The notes: a model not told the origin generated them from the sequence alone. A stretch of DNA of 64,000 bases from an uncultured Nitrospiraceae bacterium (GCA_964475485.1 CAYYWY010000002.1:18903-82902); one strand, 5' to 3'; positions 36,788 to 47,436 are shown, counted from the first letter of the stretch. Program-made: numbers and translations.

Positions 36788-37570
36788 ATGAAAGTCCTCT
36801 TCATAGGCGACATAGTGGGTACCCTTGGAAGGGCGTCAGTCAAGGCACTCCTCCCTCCCCTTATTGACCGTTACAAAGTAGAGCTTGTCATCGCAAACGG
36901 CGAGAATGCGGCGGGAGGCTTCGGCATAACAGAGAAGGTGGCTACCGAGATATTCGCCTGCGGAGTTCATGTCATCACAAGCGGCAACCATATCTGGGAC
37001 AAGAAGGAATCGATCCCTTATATCGCAAAAGAGAACCGCCTGCTCAGGCCCCTTAACTATCCCCCAGGCGTCCCTGGTTATGGAAGCGTTATCTATACCC
37101 TTCCCTCAGGGACAAAAGTCGGGGTGGTCAACCTTTCGGGAAGGGTTTTTATGTCGCCCATTGATTGTCCTTTCCGGACCGGGGAAGATGAGGTTGAACG
37201 ACTCCGGAAAGAGACAGCGTTCATAATCGTTGATTTCCATGCAGAGGCCACCTCCGAGAAGATAGCATTCAGTTACTTCATAGACGGGAAGGTGAGCGCC
37301 GTGATAGGTACACATACCCATGTGCAGACCGCCGACGAAAAGATACTGGCAGGCGGCACCGCCTACATCACCGATGTGGGGATGACCGGACCCGCTGTTT
37401 CAGTCATAGGGATCGAGAAAGAGCAGATAATAGAGCGGTTTCTCCTTCAGATGCCGAGGAAGTTCGAGACCGCAAGGGGGAGTGCAATACTGTGCGCTGT
37501 GGTGATCGAGATGGACGACAAGACAGGAAAGGCGACAGCCATACAGAGACTCCAGCTTACGCATCCATAA
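36788..37570 (+). CDS. ymdB: TIGR00282-family metallophosphoesterase (YmdB)
   Basis: MKVLFIGDIVG, ANGENAAGGFGIT, SGNHIWD, THTHVQTADE. Conserved rny-ymdB synteny. Confidence 0.9.
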   Translation: MKVLFIGDIVGTLGRASVKALLPPLIDRYKVELVIANGENAAGGFGITEKVATEIFACGVHVITSGNHIWDKKESIPYIAKENRLLRPLNYPPGVPGYGSVIYTLPSGTKVGVVNLSGRVFMSPIDCPFRTGEDEVERLRKETAFIIVDFHAEATSEKIAFSYFIDGKVSAVIGTHTHVQTADEKILAGGTAYITDVGMTGPAVSVIGIEKEQIIERFLLQMPRKFETARGSAILCAVVIEMDDKTGKATAIQRLQLTHP

Positions 37571-37597
37571 GGAGCTTGAAGAGGGGGAACAATAGAG

Positions 37598-38032
37598 ATG
37601 GGAGGGATTGAAATGGAAGCTAAAATCAAGTATGTCGACGGGATGCAGTTTGTCGGTGAAGCCTCATCAGGACACGCGATCGTCATGGACGGTGATCCCA
37701 AATTCGGAGGGCGTAATACGTCGGTCAGACCGACTGAATTGCTCCTTATCGGTCTGGGGGGCTGCTCCGGCATGGACGTTATCTCGATCCTCAAGAAAAA
37801 GCAGCAAGACGTGAGGGGCCTCGAGATCAATGTAAAGGGCAAGAAAGCGGATACTTATCCCCAGAAGTTTACGGACATCACCATAGAGTTCGTTGTCACG
37901 GGTCACCATATCTCGGAAGAAGCGGTAAAGAGGTCCGTCGAACTCTCGATGGAGAAGTACTGCTCGGTCAAGGCAACCCTGGAAGGCAGTGCCCGGATAC
38001 GTTCCAGTTACCGGATTGTCGAGACGAAGTGA
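37598..38032 (+). CDS. OsmC-family protein
   Basis: RPTELLLIGLGGCSGMDVISILKK and MEKYCSVKATL. Alternative start at ATG 37613. Confidence 0.85.
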   Translation: MGGIEMEAKIKYVDGMQFVGEASSGHAIVMDGDPKFGGRNTSVRPTELLLIGLGGCSGMDVISILKKKQQDVRGLEINVKGKKADTYPQKFTDITIEFVVTGHHISEEAVKRSVELSMEKYCSVKATLEGSARIRSSYRIVETK

Positions 38033-38046
38033 AGGATACCTTTTAG

Positions 38047-39693
38047 ATGACTTTTGTGCAGGATCCGAAAAAAATACAGCTGGACTGGGTTTACCGCTTG
38101 AAGAAGAGGATCCTGCTCGGCATCACGGCTTTCCTGGCGCTTTCCATAAGCATAACCCTCGTCTTCATCGCCGTGATGCTGAGGAACAACCTCATCGAGG
38201 ACGGCAGCGTCAAGACCCAGGAATTGAGCAACGCGGTACACTCCTCTCTTAAGAGTCTCATGCTCACGCGGAACCCCGAGATGATACAGAATACCGTCGA
38301 AAATCTGGGAAAGTCGAACCATTCGCTCACAAGAGCGTTCATCCTCGACAAGACCGGACGGGTTGCGTACTCCTCCGACAGGAGCGATCTGGGAAAAGTC
38401 CTCGACAAATACACCGAGAGCTCATGCAAGGGATGTCATCAGAGAATCGACAGCGCTCCATCCGAAAGCACCATATTCATAAAGACGGCGGATGCGACGG
38501 TGCACAGGAGCGTGAGGGTTATCTACAATGAGGAGTCCTGCCACGGCTGCCATTCCGCATCCGACCGCATCAACGGTAAACTCATCATCGACCGCTCCCT
38601 GAAGGGGACTTATTCTCTTATTACTGCTATCGAGCTGATCATCTTCGGTTCGGGACTGGCGTGTCTTGTCTTTCTGGTCCCCCTGCTGTCAAGAATAGTC
38701 GGAAAGGGCGTTACAAGGTATATAGAGGAAATATTCCATCAGAATATCGAACTCAGGCTCCTTTACGTCATGATAGAACGCCTCAGCAAGACCATAGATC
38801 TGGAAGAGCTCAAGGCAATTGTTTTCGAGATCATCAAGGAATCGCTCGCCGCCGATGAGATCGACATGGTTGTGCTGAAGGACAAGGATGAATACAAGAT
38901 TACCTCCTGGTCAAGGAGCAGGGACGTTATCTTCCGCAAGAAGATATCCCAAGAGGACCCCCTTGCCGGCGTCATACGAAGCTGGATCAAGGGGGAAGTC
39001 GATGAAGAAAGGATATCGGAGGACGGCAGGATGATCTCGATGCCGATCAAGAAAGGCGCCTCTAGTTTCGCACTCATAGCGGTGAGGAAGCTCGATGGAA
39101 ACTTCAACGCAGTGAGGCCCGGACTTCTGAAGATTATGGCGAATCATATATCGGTCGCCTTCGAAAACGCCATGCTTTATCAGATCGCGATAACCGACGA
39201 ACTCACCGGCCTCTACACGCACAGACATTTTAACACCTCCATAGGCAAGAGGATGGGAGACTATGAGAAGTTCGGCGAGAAGTTCGCCATGCTTATTGCG
39301 GACATCGACGACTTCAAGAAAGTGAACGATACGTACGGCCATATGGTCGGGGATTCTGTGCTGCGAGACGTTGCGCGGCAGATACTTCTTTCGGTAAGGG
39401 ATAACGATCTGGCCTTCCGCTACGGAGGGGAGGAATTCGTGGTGATTCTTCCGTCTACTGACATCCGCGGGGCAAGGCATGTTGCGGAAAGAATAAGAGA
39501 GAATATCGCGAACCATTTCTTCGAGGAAGGAGCCCTCAACCTCCGCATTACCATTAGCATCGGTGTCTCAGCCTGCCCGGACAATGCCCAGACCGTAAAA
39601 GAGCTCATGATTACGGCTGATGAGGCACTGTACAGGGCAAAGCAGGCGGGGAAAAACAGGGTCATCGCCAGCGAGGCCGTCAGCAATAGGTAG
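38047..39693 (+). CDS. diguanylate cyclase: TM, periplasmic sensor with two CxxCH motifs, TM, GAF, GGDEF
   Basis: CKGCH and CHGCH lie between two TM helices. GAF-like middle region. RYGGEEF active site with upstream DDFKKVND. Confidence 0.85.
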   Translation: MTFVQDPKKIQLDWVYRLKKRILLGITAFLALSISITLVFIAVMLRNNLIEDGSVKTQELSNAVHSSLKSLMLTRNPEMIQNTVENLGKSNHSLTRAFILDKTGRVAYSSDRSDLGKVLDKYTESSCKGCHQRIDSAPSESTIFIKTADATVHRSVRVIYNEESCHGCHSASDRINGKLIIDRSLKGTYSLITAIELIIFGSGLACLVFLVPLLSRIVGKGVTRYIEEIFHQNIELRLLYVMIERLSKTIDLEELKAIVFEIIKESLAADEIDMVVLKDKDEYKITSWSRSRDVIFRKKISQEDPLAGVIRSWIKGEVDEERISEDGRMISMPIKKGASSFALIAVRKLDGNFNAVRPGLLKIMANHISVAFENAMLYQIAITDELTGLYTHRHFNTSIGKRMGDYEKFGEKFAMLIADIDDFKKVNDTYGHMVGDSVLRDVARQILLSVRDNDLAFRYGGEEFVVILPSTDIRGARHVAERIRENIANHFFEEGALNLRITISIGVSACPDNAQTVKELMITADEALYRAKQAGKNRVIASEAVSNR

Positions 39694-39803
39694 CAACCTC
39701 AAATTATCGCTCCCGTGGAGTTACAGCTGATCAAGAGTATTTTTCTGCAAATCCGACTATACTATTAAGATTGGAAAAAGGATCTTACGGGGAGCAAAGA
39801 CCG

Positions 39804-40250
39804 ATGTCGGTAATTCTTAAAAACCTTGCCACCCTCGGCTTCATCGGCTATCTTCCGGTTGCACCCGGCACTTTCGGTGCGATGGCCGCGGCCGCCTTCT
39901 TCCTTCTGCTGAAGCCCTCCTCAAATGTTCATTTATCACTCCTCCTCGTCATCGCTGTCTCCGGCGCCCTTGCATCCGGACGGGCCGAAAGAATATTCGA
40001 TGAGAAGGACAGCAGGCGCATCGTGATAGATGAATTCGCAGGTTATGGCGCGTCGGTGCTTTTCGTGCCGTTCACCCTGAGTTTCACTCTGGCGGCCTTT
40101 CTTTTATTCCGTTTTTTCGATATACTAAAACCGCCTCCCATCAGGTGGATGGAGAAGGCCCTGCCAGGGGGAACAGGCGTGATGGCGGATGATCTCGTGG
40201 CGGGAATCTATGCAAACCTTCTGTTACAGGTATGGATGCTTCTGAGATAG
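39804..40250 (+). CDS. pgpA: phosphatidylglycerophosphatase A
   Basis: LATLGFIGYLPVAPGTFG, VIDEFAG, FRFFDILKPPPI, GVMADDLVAGIYA. TTG 39771 is an alternative start. Confidence 0.88.
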   Translation: MSVILKNLATLGFIGYLPVAPGTFGAMAAAAFFLLLKPSSNVHLSLLLVIAVSGALASGRAERIFDEKDSRRIVIDEFAGYGASVLFVPFTLSFTLAAFLLFRFFDILKPPPIRWMEKALPGGTGVMADDLVAGIYANLLLQVWMLLR

Positions 40251-40720
40251 AGTTGATTGAGAGAATTCATAAACGCTTCAAGGCCTCGGGTCTGAGGCTC
40301 AGCATTGCCGAGTCCTGCACCGGAGGGCTTATAGCTCACCTCGTCACAAATCTTCCAGGCGCTTCTCTTTTCTTCGACTCTTCCATTGTCTGTTACTCTA
40401 ATAAATCAAAGATAGAGCTCCTCGGTGTCAGAAGAAGTCTGATAGCCAGGCACGGCGCCATAAGCGAGGAGGTTGCAAGGGCAATGGCCGTTGCAGCAAG
40501 GAAGAAGGCGGGGACCGATGTGTCCCTTTCCATAACAGGCAATCTCGGACCGGATACGATGGAGGAAAAGAGGGTCGGCCTTGTGTACATTGCTGTTGAC
40601 TGGGAAAGGGAGACGGGTTCAAAGGGTATGATCTTCGAAGGAAACAGGGAGGAGATAAAATCCCAGGCGGCAATGGCTTCCCTTGTATTCCTCAATGAAG
40701 TGCTCGACATCTGGATATGA
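40232..40720 (+). CDS. CinA-family nicotinamide-nucleotide amidohydrolase domain protein (PncC-like)
   Basis: LSIAESCTGGLIAHLVTNLPGAS, YSNKSKIELLGV, SLSITGNLGP. Confidence 0.88.
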   Translation: MDASEIELIERIHKRFKASGLRLSIAESCTGGLIAHLVTNLPGASLFFDSSIVCYSNKSKIELLGVRRSLIARHGAISEEVARAMAVAARKKAGTDVSLSITGNLGPDTMEEKRVGLVYIAVDWERETGSKGMIFEGNREEIKSQAAMASLVFLNEVLDIWI

Positions 40721-41289
40721 GATGCTTTATCGCAATAAACCTAAATGAAGAGCTGAAGATGGAAATAGATAGGCTTACAGCCCATATGAAAAAGGGAATC
40801 CGCGATGTGAGGTGGGTTCCGGCTGAAAATCTTCATATAACTCTTAAGTTCCTTGGAGCCGTCCCGGACGAGTCCGTCGAGGAAATAAGAGAGGTTCTCT
40901 CGCAGGTCTCGGCTCACTACAGTCCCTTCGATGTTGAGCTTCGCGGTATGGGCCTGTTTCCTGACAGGAAAAGGCCGAGAGTAGTGTGGATAGACATATT
41001 GAATTCGGAAAAACTCATAAGGCTTCAAGAGGAAGTTGAACTATTTACTGAAAGGCTCGGATTTAAAAGAGAAGAGAGGCAGTTCTCCCCTCACCTTACG
41101 ATCGGCAGGGTGCGCACACCACGGACGGGCGGCTCTCTAGTCGATGCTGTGGAAGAACTTAAAAACACATATTTTGGTAATATAAGAGTCGATATGATCT
41201 CTTTAATGAAAAGTGATTTGAAACCGACAGGGGCTCAGTATTCAGTCATCGCAGAGTTTCCCTTTAGAAGGAGGAAAGATGACCAGTAA
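40717..41289 (+). CDS. thpR: RNA 2',3'-cyclic phosphodiesterase (2H family)
   Basis: Two HxT motifs (HITLKFLG and HLTIGRV), 190 aa. Confidence 0.88.
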   Translation: MRCFIAINLNEELKMEIDRLTAHMKKGIRDVRWVPAENLHITLKFLGAVPDESVEEIREVLSQVSAHYSPFDVELRGMGLFPDRKRPRVVWIDILNSEKLIRLQEEVELFTERLGFKREERQFSPHLTIGRVRTPRTGGSLVDAVEELKNTYFGNIRVDMISLMKSDLKPTGAQYSVIAEFPFRRRKDDQ

Positions 41290-42274
41290 AGACAAGATAA
41301 AGGCGCTTGATATGGCCATCTCGCAAATCGAGCGTAACTTCGGCAAGGGGGCCATTATGAAGCTTGGGGCTGCCGAGGTGGCTGAGGGAGTGCAGGCGAT
41401 ACCCACAGGCTCGATTTCCCTAGATATCGCCACAGGGGTCGGAGGCTATCCGAGAGGAAGAGTTATAGAGATATTCGGTCCCGAATCCTCCGGCAAGACA
41501 ACCCTTGCCCTCACAGCAATTGCAGAGGCTCAAAAGGCAGGGGGAGTCGCTGCATTCATCGATGCAGAACATGCCCTCGATATTAATTATGCAAAGAAGA
41601 TAGGAGTGAAGACCGAGGACCTTCTGGTTTCACAACCTGACACTGGTGAACAGGCCCTGGAAGTGGCCGAAGCCCTGGTAAGGAGCGGAGCGGTGGATAT
41701 TATCGTCATCGATTCGGTCGCAGCACTTGTGCCCAAGGCAGAGATAGAAGGAGAGATGGGAGATTCGCTTCCCGGACTCCAGGCGAGACTTATGAGCCAG
41801 GCATTGAGAAAACTCACCGCAGTAATATCAAAATCCCTGACAACGGTGATGTTCATCAACCAGATAAGGATGAAGATAGGGGTGATGTTCGGCAATCCAG
41901 AGACCACTACCGGCGGCAACGCGCTGAAATTCTACTCTTCCATGAGACTGGACATCCGGAGAATCGACAACATAAAGGAGAACCAGGAGACCGTAGGAGG
42001 AAGGGTGAGGGTGAAGGTCGTCAAGAACAAGGTCGCCCCGCCTTTCAGGCAGGCGGAGTTCGATATATACTTCAATGAAGGGATATCAAAGGTTGGAGAG
42101 CTTGTGGACGTGGGCGTTGAATGCGGTATTATCGAGAAATCGGGAGCATGGTACAGCTTCAACGGCAGCAGAATCGGTCAAGGCAGGGAGAACGCAAAGG
42201 AGTTCCTGAAGAACAACCCCGAAGCGCGTGATTCGGTTCAGCAAAAGATAATGGAACTCAAGATGAGGAGATGA
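41279..42274 (+). CDS. recA: recombinase RecA
   Basis: [52 protein letters not shown]. Confidence 0.97.
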   Translation: MTSKDKIKALDMAISQIERNFGKGAIMKLGAAEVAEGVQAIPTGSISLDIATGVGGYPRGRVIEIFGPESSGKTTLALTAIAEAQKAGGVAAFIDAEHALDINYAKKIGVKTEDLLVSQPDTGEQALEVAEALVRSGAVDIIVIDSVAALVPKAEIEGEMGDSLPGLQARLMSQALRKLTAVISKSLTTVMFINQIRMKIGVMFGNPETTTGGNALKFYSSMRLDIRRIDNIKENQETVGGRVRVKVVKNKVAPPFRQAEFDIYFNEGISKVGELVDVGVECGIIEKSGAWYSFNGSRIGQGRENAKEFLKNNPEARDSVQQKIMELKMRR

Positions 42275-43419
42275 CGATGGAGATAAACGAACTGCTCAAG
42301 AAAGCCATCTCTCAGAATGCCTCAGACCTTCACATAAAGGTCGGCACTCCGCCGATTGCCAGGGTCACAGGGGACCTCGTGCCGATGACCTCGGAAGAGA
42401 GGGTCTCCCAGCAGGAAGCGATGAAGATCGCCTTTTCCGTCATGAGTCCTGGTCAAAGGGAGGTATTCAAGCAGAAGAACGAGATCGACCTTGCCTACAG
42501 CGTCCCGGGACTCGGCAGGTTCAGGTGCAATGTCTTCGTTCAGAGGGGGACTATCGGCCTCGTCTTCAGGGTTATTCCCATGAGGATACCATCCATCGAA
42601 GAGTTGAACCTTCCTCATGTCCTGCACAAGATTGCAATGGAAGAAAGAGGTCTTGTCCTCGTCACGGGAACGACCGGAAGCGGAAAGTCCACAACCCTCG
42701 CAACCATGATCGATTACATCAACATGAACAGGACGTGCAACATCATTACCATAGAAGACCCCATTGAGTACCTGCACAGGGACAAGAAGAGTATCGTGAA
42801 CCAGCGAGAGATCGGCAGCGATACCGAATCCTTCGGAAGGGCTCTCCGCTCGGCCCTCAGGCAGGATCCAGACGTAATACTCGTGGGGGAGATGCGGGAT
42901 TTCGAGACCATTCAGACCGCCCTGACTGCTGCCGAGACGGGGCACCTCGTCTTCAGCACTTTACATACCATAGATGCAACCGAGACCGTAAACAGGATCA
43001 TTGCGGTATTTCCCCCGTACCAGCACAAACAGGTGAGGATACAGCTTTCTTCGGTTATCAAGGGTATCATTTCCATGAGGCTTATGCCGAGGTCGGACGG
43101 TAAAGGCAGGGTGCCTGCCGTCGAGATCATGATCGCCACGGCCACGGTAAAGGACTGCATCCTCGATCCGGACAAGACCAAGCTCATCCCTGACGTGATT
43201 GCACAGGGCAAGATCCATTATGGAATGCAGACCTTCGACCAATCCCTCTTCGATCTCTTCAAATCCGGACTGATCACTTATGAAGAGGCATTGAGAAGGG
43301 CTTCGAACCCCGACGATTTTGTCCTCAGGGTTAAAGGTGTCAGGTCCACAAGCGATCTTACCTACGACGAGCCGTCGGAGAAAAAGACGGACGTCGAGAT
43401 CGAAAGATTCGCAAAATGA
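42271..43419 (+). CDS. pilT: type IV pilus retraction ATPase PilT family
   Basis: [16 protein letters not shown] Walker [28 protein letters not shown]-like region. ATGA overlaps with both recA and recX. Confidence 0.85.
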   Translation: MTMEINELLKKAISQNASDLHIKVGTPPIARVTGDLVPMTSEERVSQQEAMKIAFSVMSPGQREVFKQKNEIDLAYSVPGLGRFRCNVFVQRGTIGLVFRVIPMRIPSIEELNLPHVLHKIAMEERGLVLVTGTTGSGKSTTLATMIDYINMNRTCNIITIEDPIEYLHRDKKSIVNQREIGSDTESFGRALRSALRQDPDVILVGEMRDFETIQTALTAAETGHLVFSTLHTIDATETVNRIIAVFPPYQHKQVRIQLSSVIKGIISMRLMPRSDGKGRVPAVEIMIATATVKDCILDPDKTKLIPDVIAQGKIHYGMQTFDQSLFDLFKSGLITYEEALRRASNPDDFVLRVKGVRSTSDLTYDEPSEKKTDVEIERFAK

Positions 43420-43904
43420 CGGCAGAAGATTCACACCGCTCTGCGTTACAGTACGCGTACAAACTTTTGAGCTATAGGGGCAGAAGCGAGGCAGAGATGA
43501 TCGTGAAACTCAGGATGAAGGGTTTCGACGACCCGACAATCCGTAGAGCTGTTGAGGATCTCAGATCGAGCGGCCTCCTGAACGACCGGAGGCTGGCCTC
43601 GTCCTTGAGAAGGTATGCAGAGGAAACAAAGCATCTCGGCATCGCAGGGACAAGGAGGTTCCTTAGGGAAAGGGGTGTTCCCGCCGATATTGCAGATGAA
43701 ACGGTACGAGACATGGACGAGGCTGAAACAGCGAGGAGACTTGTTGAAAAGAGACTGAGACTCATGGGAAATTACCCACCTGTGAAAGTGCTCAGGAGGC
43801 TTTACGGCGCCCTGTACCGGAGGGGTTATTCTCCGCACATAATAAGAAAAGCTCTGGAACGCGTTCAGTCGGACAACAAGTTTCGTCCGGGCGAGGCAAC
43901 ATAG
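43416..43904 (+). CDS. recX: recombination regulator RecX
   Basis: ALQYAYKLLSYRGRSEAEM..KL..KGF and three-repeat helical organisation, 162 aa. Confidence 0.85.
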   Translation: MTAEDSHRSALQYAYKLLSYRGRSEAEMIVKLRMKGFDDPTIRRAVEDLRSSGLLNDRRLASSLRRYAEETKHLGIAGTRRFLRERGVPADIADETVRDMDEAETARRLVEKRLRLMGNYPPVKVLRRLYGALYRRGYSPHIIRKALERVQSDNKFRPGEAT

Positions 43905-43974
43905 ATTTCCACCTCATCTCTCGGCCCGGAGGGCATGTGATTCAGTTACCACTTCTTTTAAGGAGGACTTATTG

Positions 43975-44352
43975 ATGAGAAATGTCTTCTTGATGTTCAT
44001 GGCATCGCTATCGCTTTTGTCTTCTTCGGCCTGTGTGCCGGCTGTCCGTTACTCCCCTGAGGAAATCAAGGATTACCCCCCTGCGGTACAGGAGCAGATC
44101 AGACAGGGGAATGTGGTACTGGGAATGACAGCGCAGCAGGTTAGATATGCGTGGGGTTCGCCCAGCTCAGTAAATGTACTTCCTCCCACGGAAGAGGGAA
44201 AGGTAAAGGAGGAATGGCTTTATTCCACAATGGGGGTGTTCATGGAGAGGCGGCTCCTCTTTGTCGACGGCAAGCTCGTGGACATATTCCCACAACCGAA
44301 ACAGGCGCCCACAGCAGAACCAAAACCTGCAGAAGCGGGGGAGAACAAATGA
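43975..44352 (+). CDS. lipoprotein, BamE/SmpA-OmlA-like
   Basis: Lipobox LLSSSAC. GMTAQQVRYAWGSPSSVN. Confidence 0.65.
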   Translation: MRNVFLMFMASLSLLSSSACVPAVRYSPEEIKDYPPAVQEQIRQGNVVLGMTAQQVRYAWGSPSSVNVLPPTEEGKVKEEWLYSTMGVFMERRLLFVDGKLVDIFPQPKQAPTAEPKPAEAGENK

Positions 44353-44377
44353 CGGCCAGGGGCAGCGGACCTTCCAT

Positions 44378-47020
44378 ATGACAAGCCGTGAGATACGAAC
44401 CCTATTCCTCGACTATTTCCGGAGCAGGGGCCATGAGGCCGTAAGGAGCTCCCCCCTCATTCCCAAGGGCGACCCCACGTTGCTCTTCACCAACGCCGGC
44501 ATGGTCCAGTTCAAGTCGGTGTTCCTGGGTGAAGAGACAAGGCCTTACAAGAGGGCTGTCAGCTGCCAGAAATGCCTGCGGGCCGGTGGAAAACACAGCG
44601 ATATAGAAAATGTCGGTCATACCGCGAGACATCACACCTTCTTTGAGATGCTGGGGAACTTCTCCTTTGGCGACTACTTCAAGAAAGATGCCATAGCCTT
44701 TGCGTGGGAACTCCTCACCGCTACGTTCGGTCTGCCAAAGGAGAACCTCTGGGCATCCGTGTTCGAAAACGATGATGAAGCGGCAGGAATATGGAAGGAT
44801 CTCACGGATATCCCTGAGCAGAGGATAGTGAGACTGGGGGCAAAGGACAATTTCTGGCAGATGGGGGATACGGGGCCATGCGGACCATGCTCCGAGATCA
44901 TCATCGACCAGGGCCCGGAGGTCGGCTGCGGAAGGGATGAATGCACTGTCGGTTGTGATTGTGACCGATATCTCGAGATATGGAATCTTGTCTTCATGCA
45001 GTACAACCGCGACGAACAGGGCAACCTCACCCCCTTGCCCAGACCTAGCATCGATACCGGCATGGGACTCGAAAGGATAGCTGCAGTTAAGCAGGGAAAG
45101 CTCAACAATTTCGATACGGATATATTCTCCCCCATAATATCAGCCATCACGCACGAGACAGGCTCTTCCTACGGGAGGGATTCCGCAACCACCGCGTCCA
45201 TCCGGGTAATCGCAGACCATCTCAGATCCATCGCCTTTCTCCTGTCGGAGGGACTCATGCCGTCAAACGAAGGCAGGGGCTACGTCCTGAGGAGGATCAT
45301 CAGAAGGGCGTCGCGACATGCGAGGATGCTGGGAGTCCATAAACCCGTTCTCTACCGTCTCCTCGATTCAGTATCCGATGCCATGGGCAATGTCTATCCT
45401 GAACTGCTTGAGGAAAGGGAACGGTCGTCCAGAATCCTACTGCTCGAAGAAGAGCGCTTTTCGAAAACTCTGGAACAGGGCATGCAGGTTATGGATGACA
45501 TCATCGCCTCACTGAACAAATCAGGCGGAAAAGTCATTCCAGGGACTGATCTCTTCAGACTCTATGACACCTACGGTTTTCCCCTGGATCTCGCGAGGGA
45601 TATCGCAACAGACAACAACCTACTCATCGACGAGGAAGGTTTCCAGCAGGAGATGGAGATACAGAGAGAGCGGGCAAGGGCATCATGGGTGGGAGAAGAA
45701 GGGGCGGTGGCTTCCATCTACCGTGAGCTTCTCTCTGAAGTGGGAAAGACCGAATTCGTGGGATACGATACCCTTGAGTCGGACTCTGTAATCAAGGCCG
45801 TTCTCAGGGACGGAAAGGCGGTGAAGGAGGTCCGGGCGGGCGAAGAAGCGGAGGTCTTTCTCGACAAGACCCCCTTTTACGGGGAATCGGGAGGTCAGGT
45901 GGGGGATGTCGGAGACATGGCAGGAGATACGTTCAGGGCTTCGGTCGTCGATACAAAGAAGCCGGTGGAGGGACTCCACTCCCATATTGTCACAGTGAAG
46001 GAGGGGACTCTCCGCGTATGGGATAGGGTAAGATGCAGGGTAGATGAGGAAATGCGAAAGGCGACCAAGAGAAACCACACCGCGACCCACCTGCTTCATG
46101 CCAGCCTGAGGACTGTCGTGGGAAACCATGTAAAGCAGGCCGGTTCGCTCGTTTCGCCCTCGCGTCTGCGTTTTGATTTCACGAATTTCTCCGCGCTCGA
46201 GGACTCGGAAATCGCCTCCATAGAAGCCATGGTGAATGAAATAATCCTTGAAAACATCCCCGTGCTCACAACAACAATGGACACAAAGGCCGCTGTCGAG
46301 TCGGGTGCTACCGCGCTCTTTGGAGAAAAATACGGCGATTCAGTCCGGGTCGTGTCAGTTCCGGGTGTCAGTTCCGAACTATGCGGCGGGACCCACTGCA
46401 GGGCAACAGGAGACATAGGTCTCTTTGTTATCCTCTCCGAGGGTAGCGTTGCATCAGGAATCAGGAGGATCGAGGCATTGACCGGCGTTCCGGCAATCCG
46501 GTTTCTGAAAGAGAAATGGGCGGAACTCAAGAAGGTCGGAGAGCTTCTCAAGACGGACCAGGTATACCCCCGCATAGAGAAACTTATTTCAGACCTCAGA
46601 GCGATGGAAAAGGAGCTGGACGGGATGAAGGCAAGGGCAGCCTCAAAGGATTCTTCCTCTATTCTTGAGCGCGCGATGAAGATAGACGACATAACCGTCC
46701 TTTCCCACAGGGTTGACGGCCTTGAGCAAAAAGACCTGAGGGTCCTCGCCGATTCCCTCAGGGACAGGATCGGCTCAGGCATCCTCTTTCTCGCCTCCGT
46801 TAAGGCCGGTCAAGCATCTATGCTCGCGATGGTCACAAGGGATCTCTCCGACAGGTTCAATGCCGGGGAGATACTGAAGCAGGTGGCTGCCATGACCGGA
46901 GGCAGGGGGGGCGGCAAGGCGGAAATGGCCCAGGGAGGCACTGCAAACCTGGAAGGGCTGGACAAGGCATTGCAATCAGTATACGATATAGTTGAAAAGG
47001 CGGTGACAAGTAACAAATAA
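44378..47020 (+). CDS. alaS: alanine--tRNA ligase
   Basis: Start at MTSREIRTLFLDYF. FTNAGMVQFK, HHTFFEMLGN, WNLVFMQYNR, editing-domain HTATHLLH and C-terminal DHHA1. The listed 44261 start overlaps the upstream gene. Confidence 0.95.
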   Translation: MTSREIRTLFLDYFRSRGHEAVRSSPLIPKGDPTLLFTNAGMVQFKSVFLGEETRPYKRAVSCQKCLRAGGKHSDIENVGHTARHHTFFEMLGNFSFGDYFKKDAIAFAWELLTATFGLPKENLWASVFENDDEAAGIWKDLTDIPEQRIVRLGAKDNFWQMGDTGPCGPCSEIIIDQGPEVGCGRDECTVGCDCDRYLEIWNLVFMQYNRDEQGNLTPLPRPSIDTGMGLERIAAVKQGKLNNFDTDIFSPIISAITHETGSSYGRDSATTASIRVIADHLRSIAFLLSEGLMPSNEGRGYVLRRIIRRASRHARMLGVHKPVLYRLLDSVSDAMGNVYPELLEERERSSRILLLEEERFSKTLEQGMQVMDDIIASLNKSGGKVIPGTDLFRLYDTYGFPLDLARDIATDNNLLIDEEGFQQEMEIQRERARASWVGEEGAVASIYRELLSEVGKTEFVGYDTLESDSVIKAVLRDGKAVKEVRAGEEAEVFLDKTPFYGESGGQVGDVGDMAGDTFRASVVDTKKPVEGLHSHIVTVKEGTLRVWDRVRCRVDEEMRKATKRNHTATHLLHASLRTVVGNHVKQAGSLVSPSRLRFDFTNFSALEDSEIASIEAMVNEIILENIPVLTTTMDTKAAVESGATALFGEKYGDSVRVVSVPGVSSELCGGTHCRATGDIGLFVILSEGSVASGIRRIEALTGVPAIRFLKEKWAELKKVGELLKTDQVYPRIEKLISDLRAMEKELDGMKARAASKDSSSILERAMKIDDITVLSHRVDGLEQKDLRVLADSLRDRIGSGILFLASVKAGQASMLAMVTRDLSDRFNAGEILKQVAAMTGGRGGGKAEMAQGGTANLEGLDKALQSVYDIVEKAVTSNK

Positions 47021-47088
47021 CGAGTGCCGAGTTACGGATGCGATTTCTCCCAAATTCCCATTACTCGTTGCTCGAACTCGTCACTTAT
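47003..47088. repeat. dispersed repeat family A, copy 3 (opposite orientation), spanning the alaS stop codon
   Basis: acaagtaacaaat (47006-47018) and gaactcgtcac (47074-47084) are the reverse complements of the cores at 8209-8221 and 8169-8179. It supplies the last alaS codons, AVTSNK-stop. Confidence 0.7.
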
Positions 47089-47104
47089 TCTGAGGAGGTG
47101 CCGC

Positions 47105-47431
47105 ATGACATTCTTTGATGCCTTAAGGAACGCCCTCCTTGCAGGGTTCGGAGTCCAGGAGAAGGTTAAGGAGTTCATCGATGACCTGGTGAAGAGAGGT
47201 GAGCTGAGCGAGTCCCAGGGTGCAAAACTCGTAAAGGAGTGGACGGAGAAGGCCGACAAGAGCACTGAACAGCTCAGCAAAAGCATCTCTGATATCATCT
47301 CAAAGACCATGGAGAAGATGGCCTTCCCCACAAAGGAGGATATTGAAGAACTGAACAGGAGGATCCAGAGCCTCAGCGCCCGGGTCAAGAAGCTCGAGGG
47401 TCTAAGGGAGGAGGAACCGAAAGAGGAATAA
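47105..47431 (+). CDS. phasin-family / PHA-granule-associated-like protein
   Basis: SD gaggagg then ATG 47105. Helical MTFFDALRNALLAGFGVQEKVKEFIDDLVKRGELSESQG. Confidence 0.65.
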   Translation: MTFFDALRNALLAGFGVQEKVKEFIDDLVKRGELSESQGAKLVKEWTEKADKSTEQLSKSISDIISKTMEKMAFPTKEDIEELNRRIQSLSARVKKLEGLREEEPKEE

Positions 47432-47436
47432 CCCCT

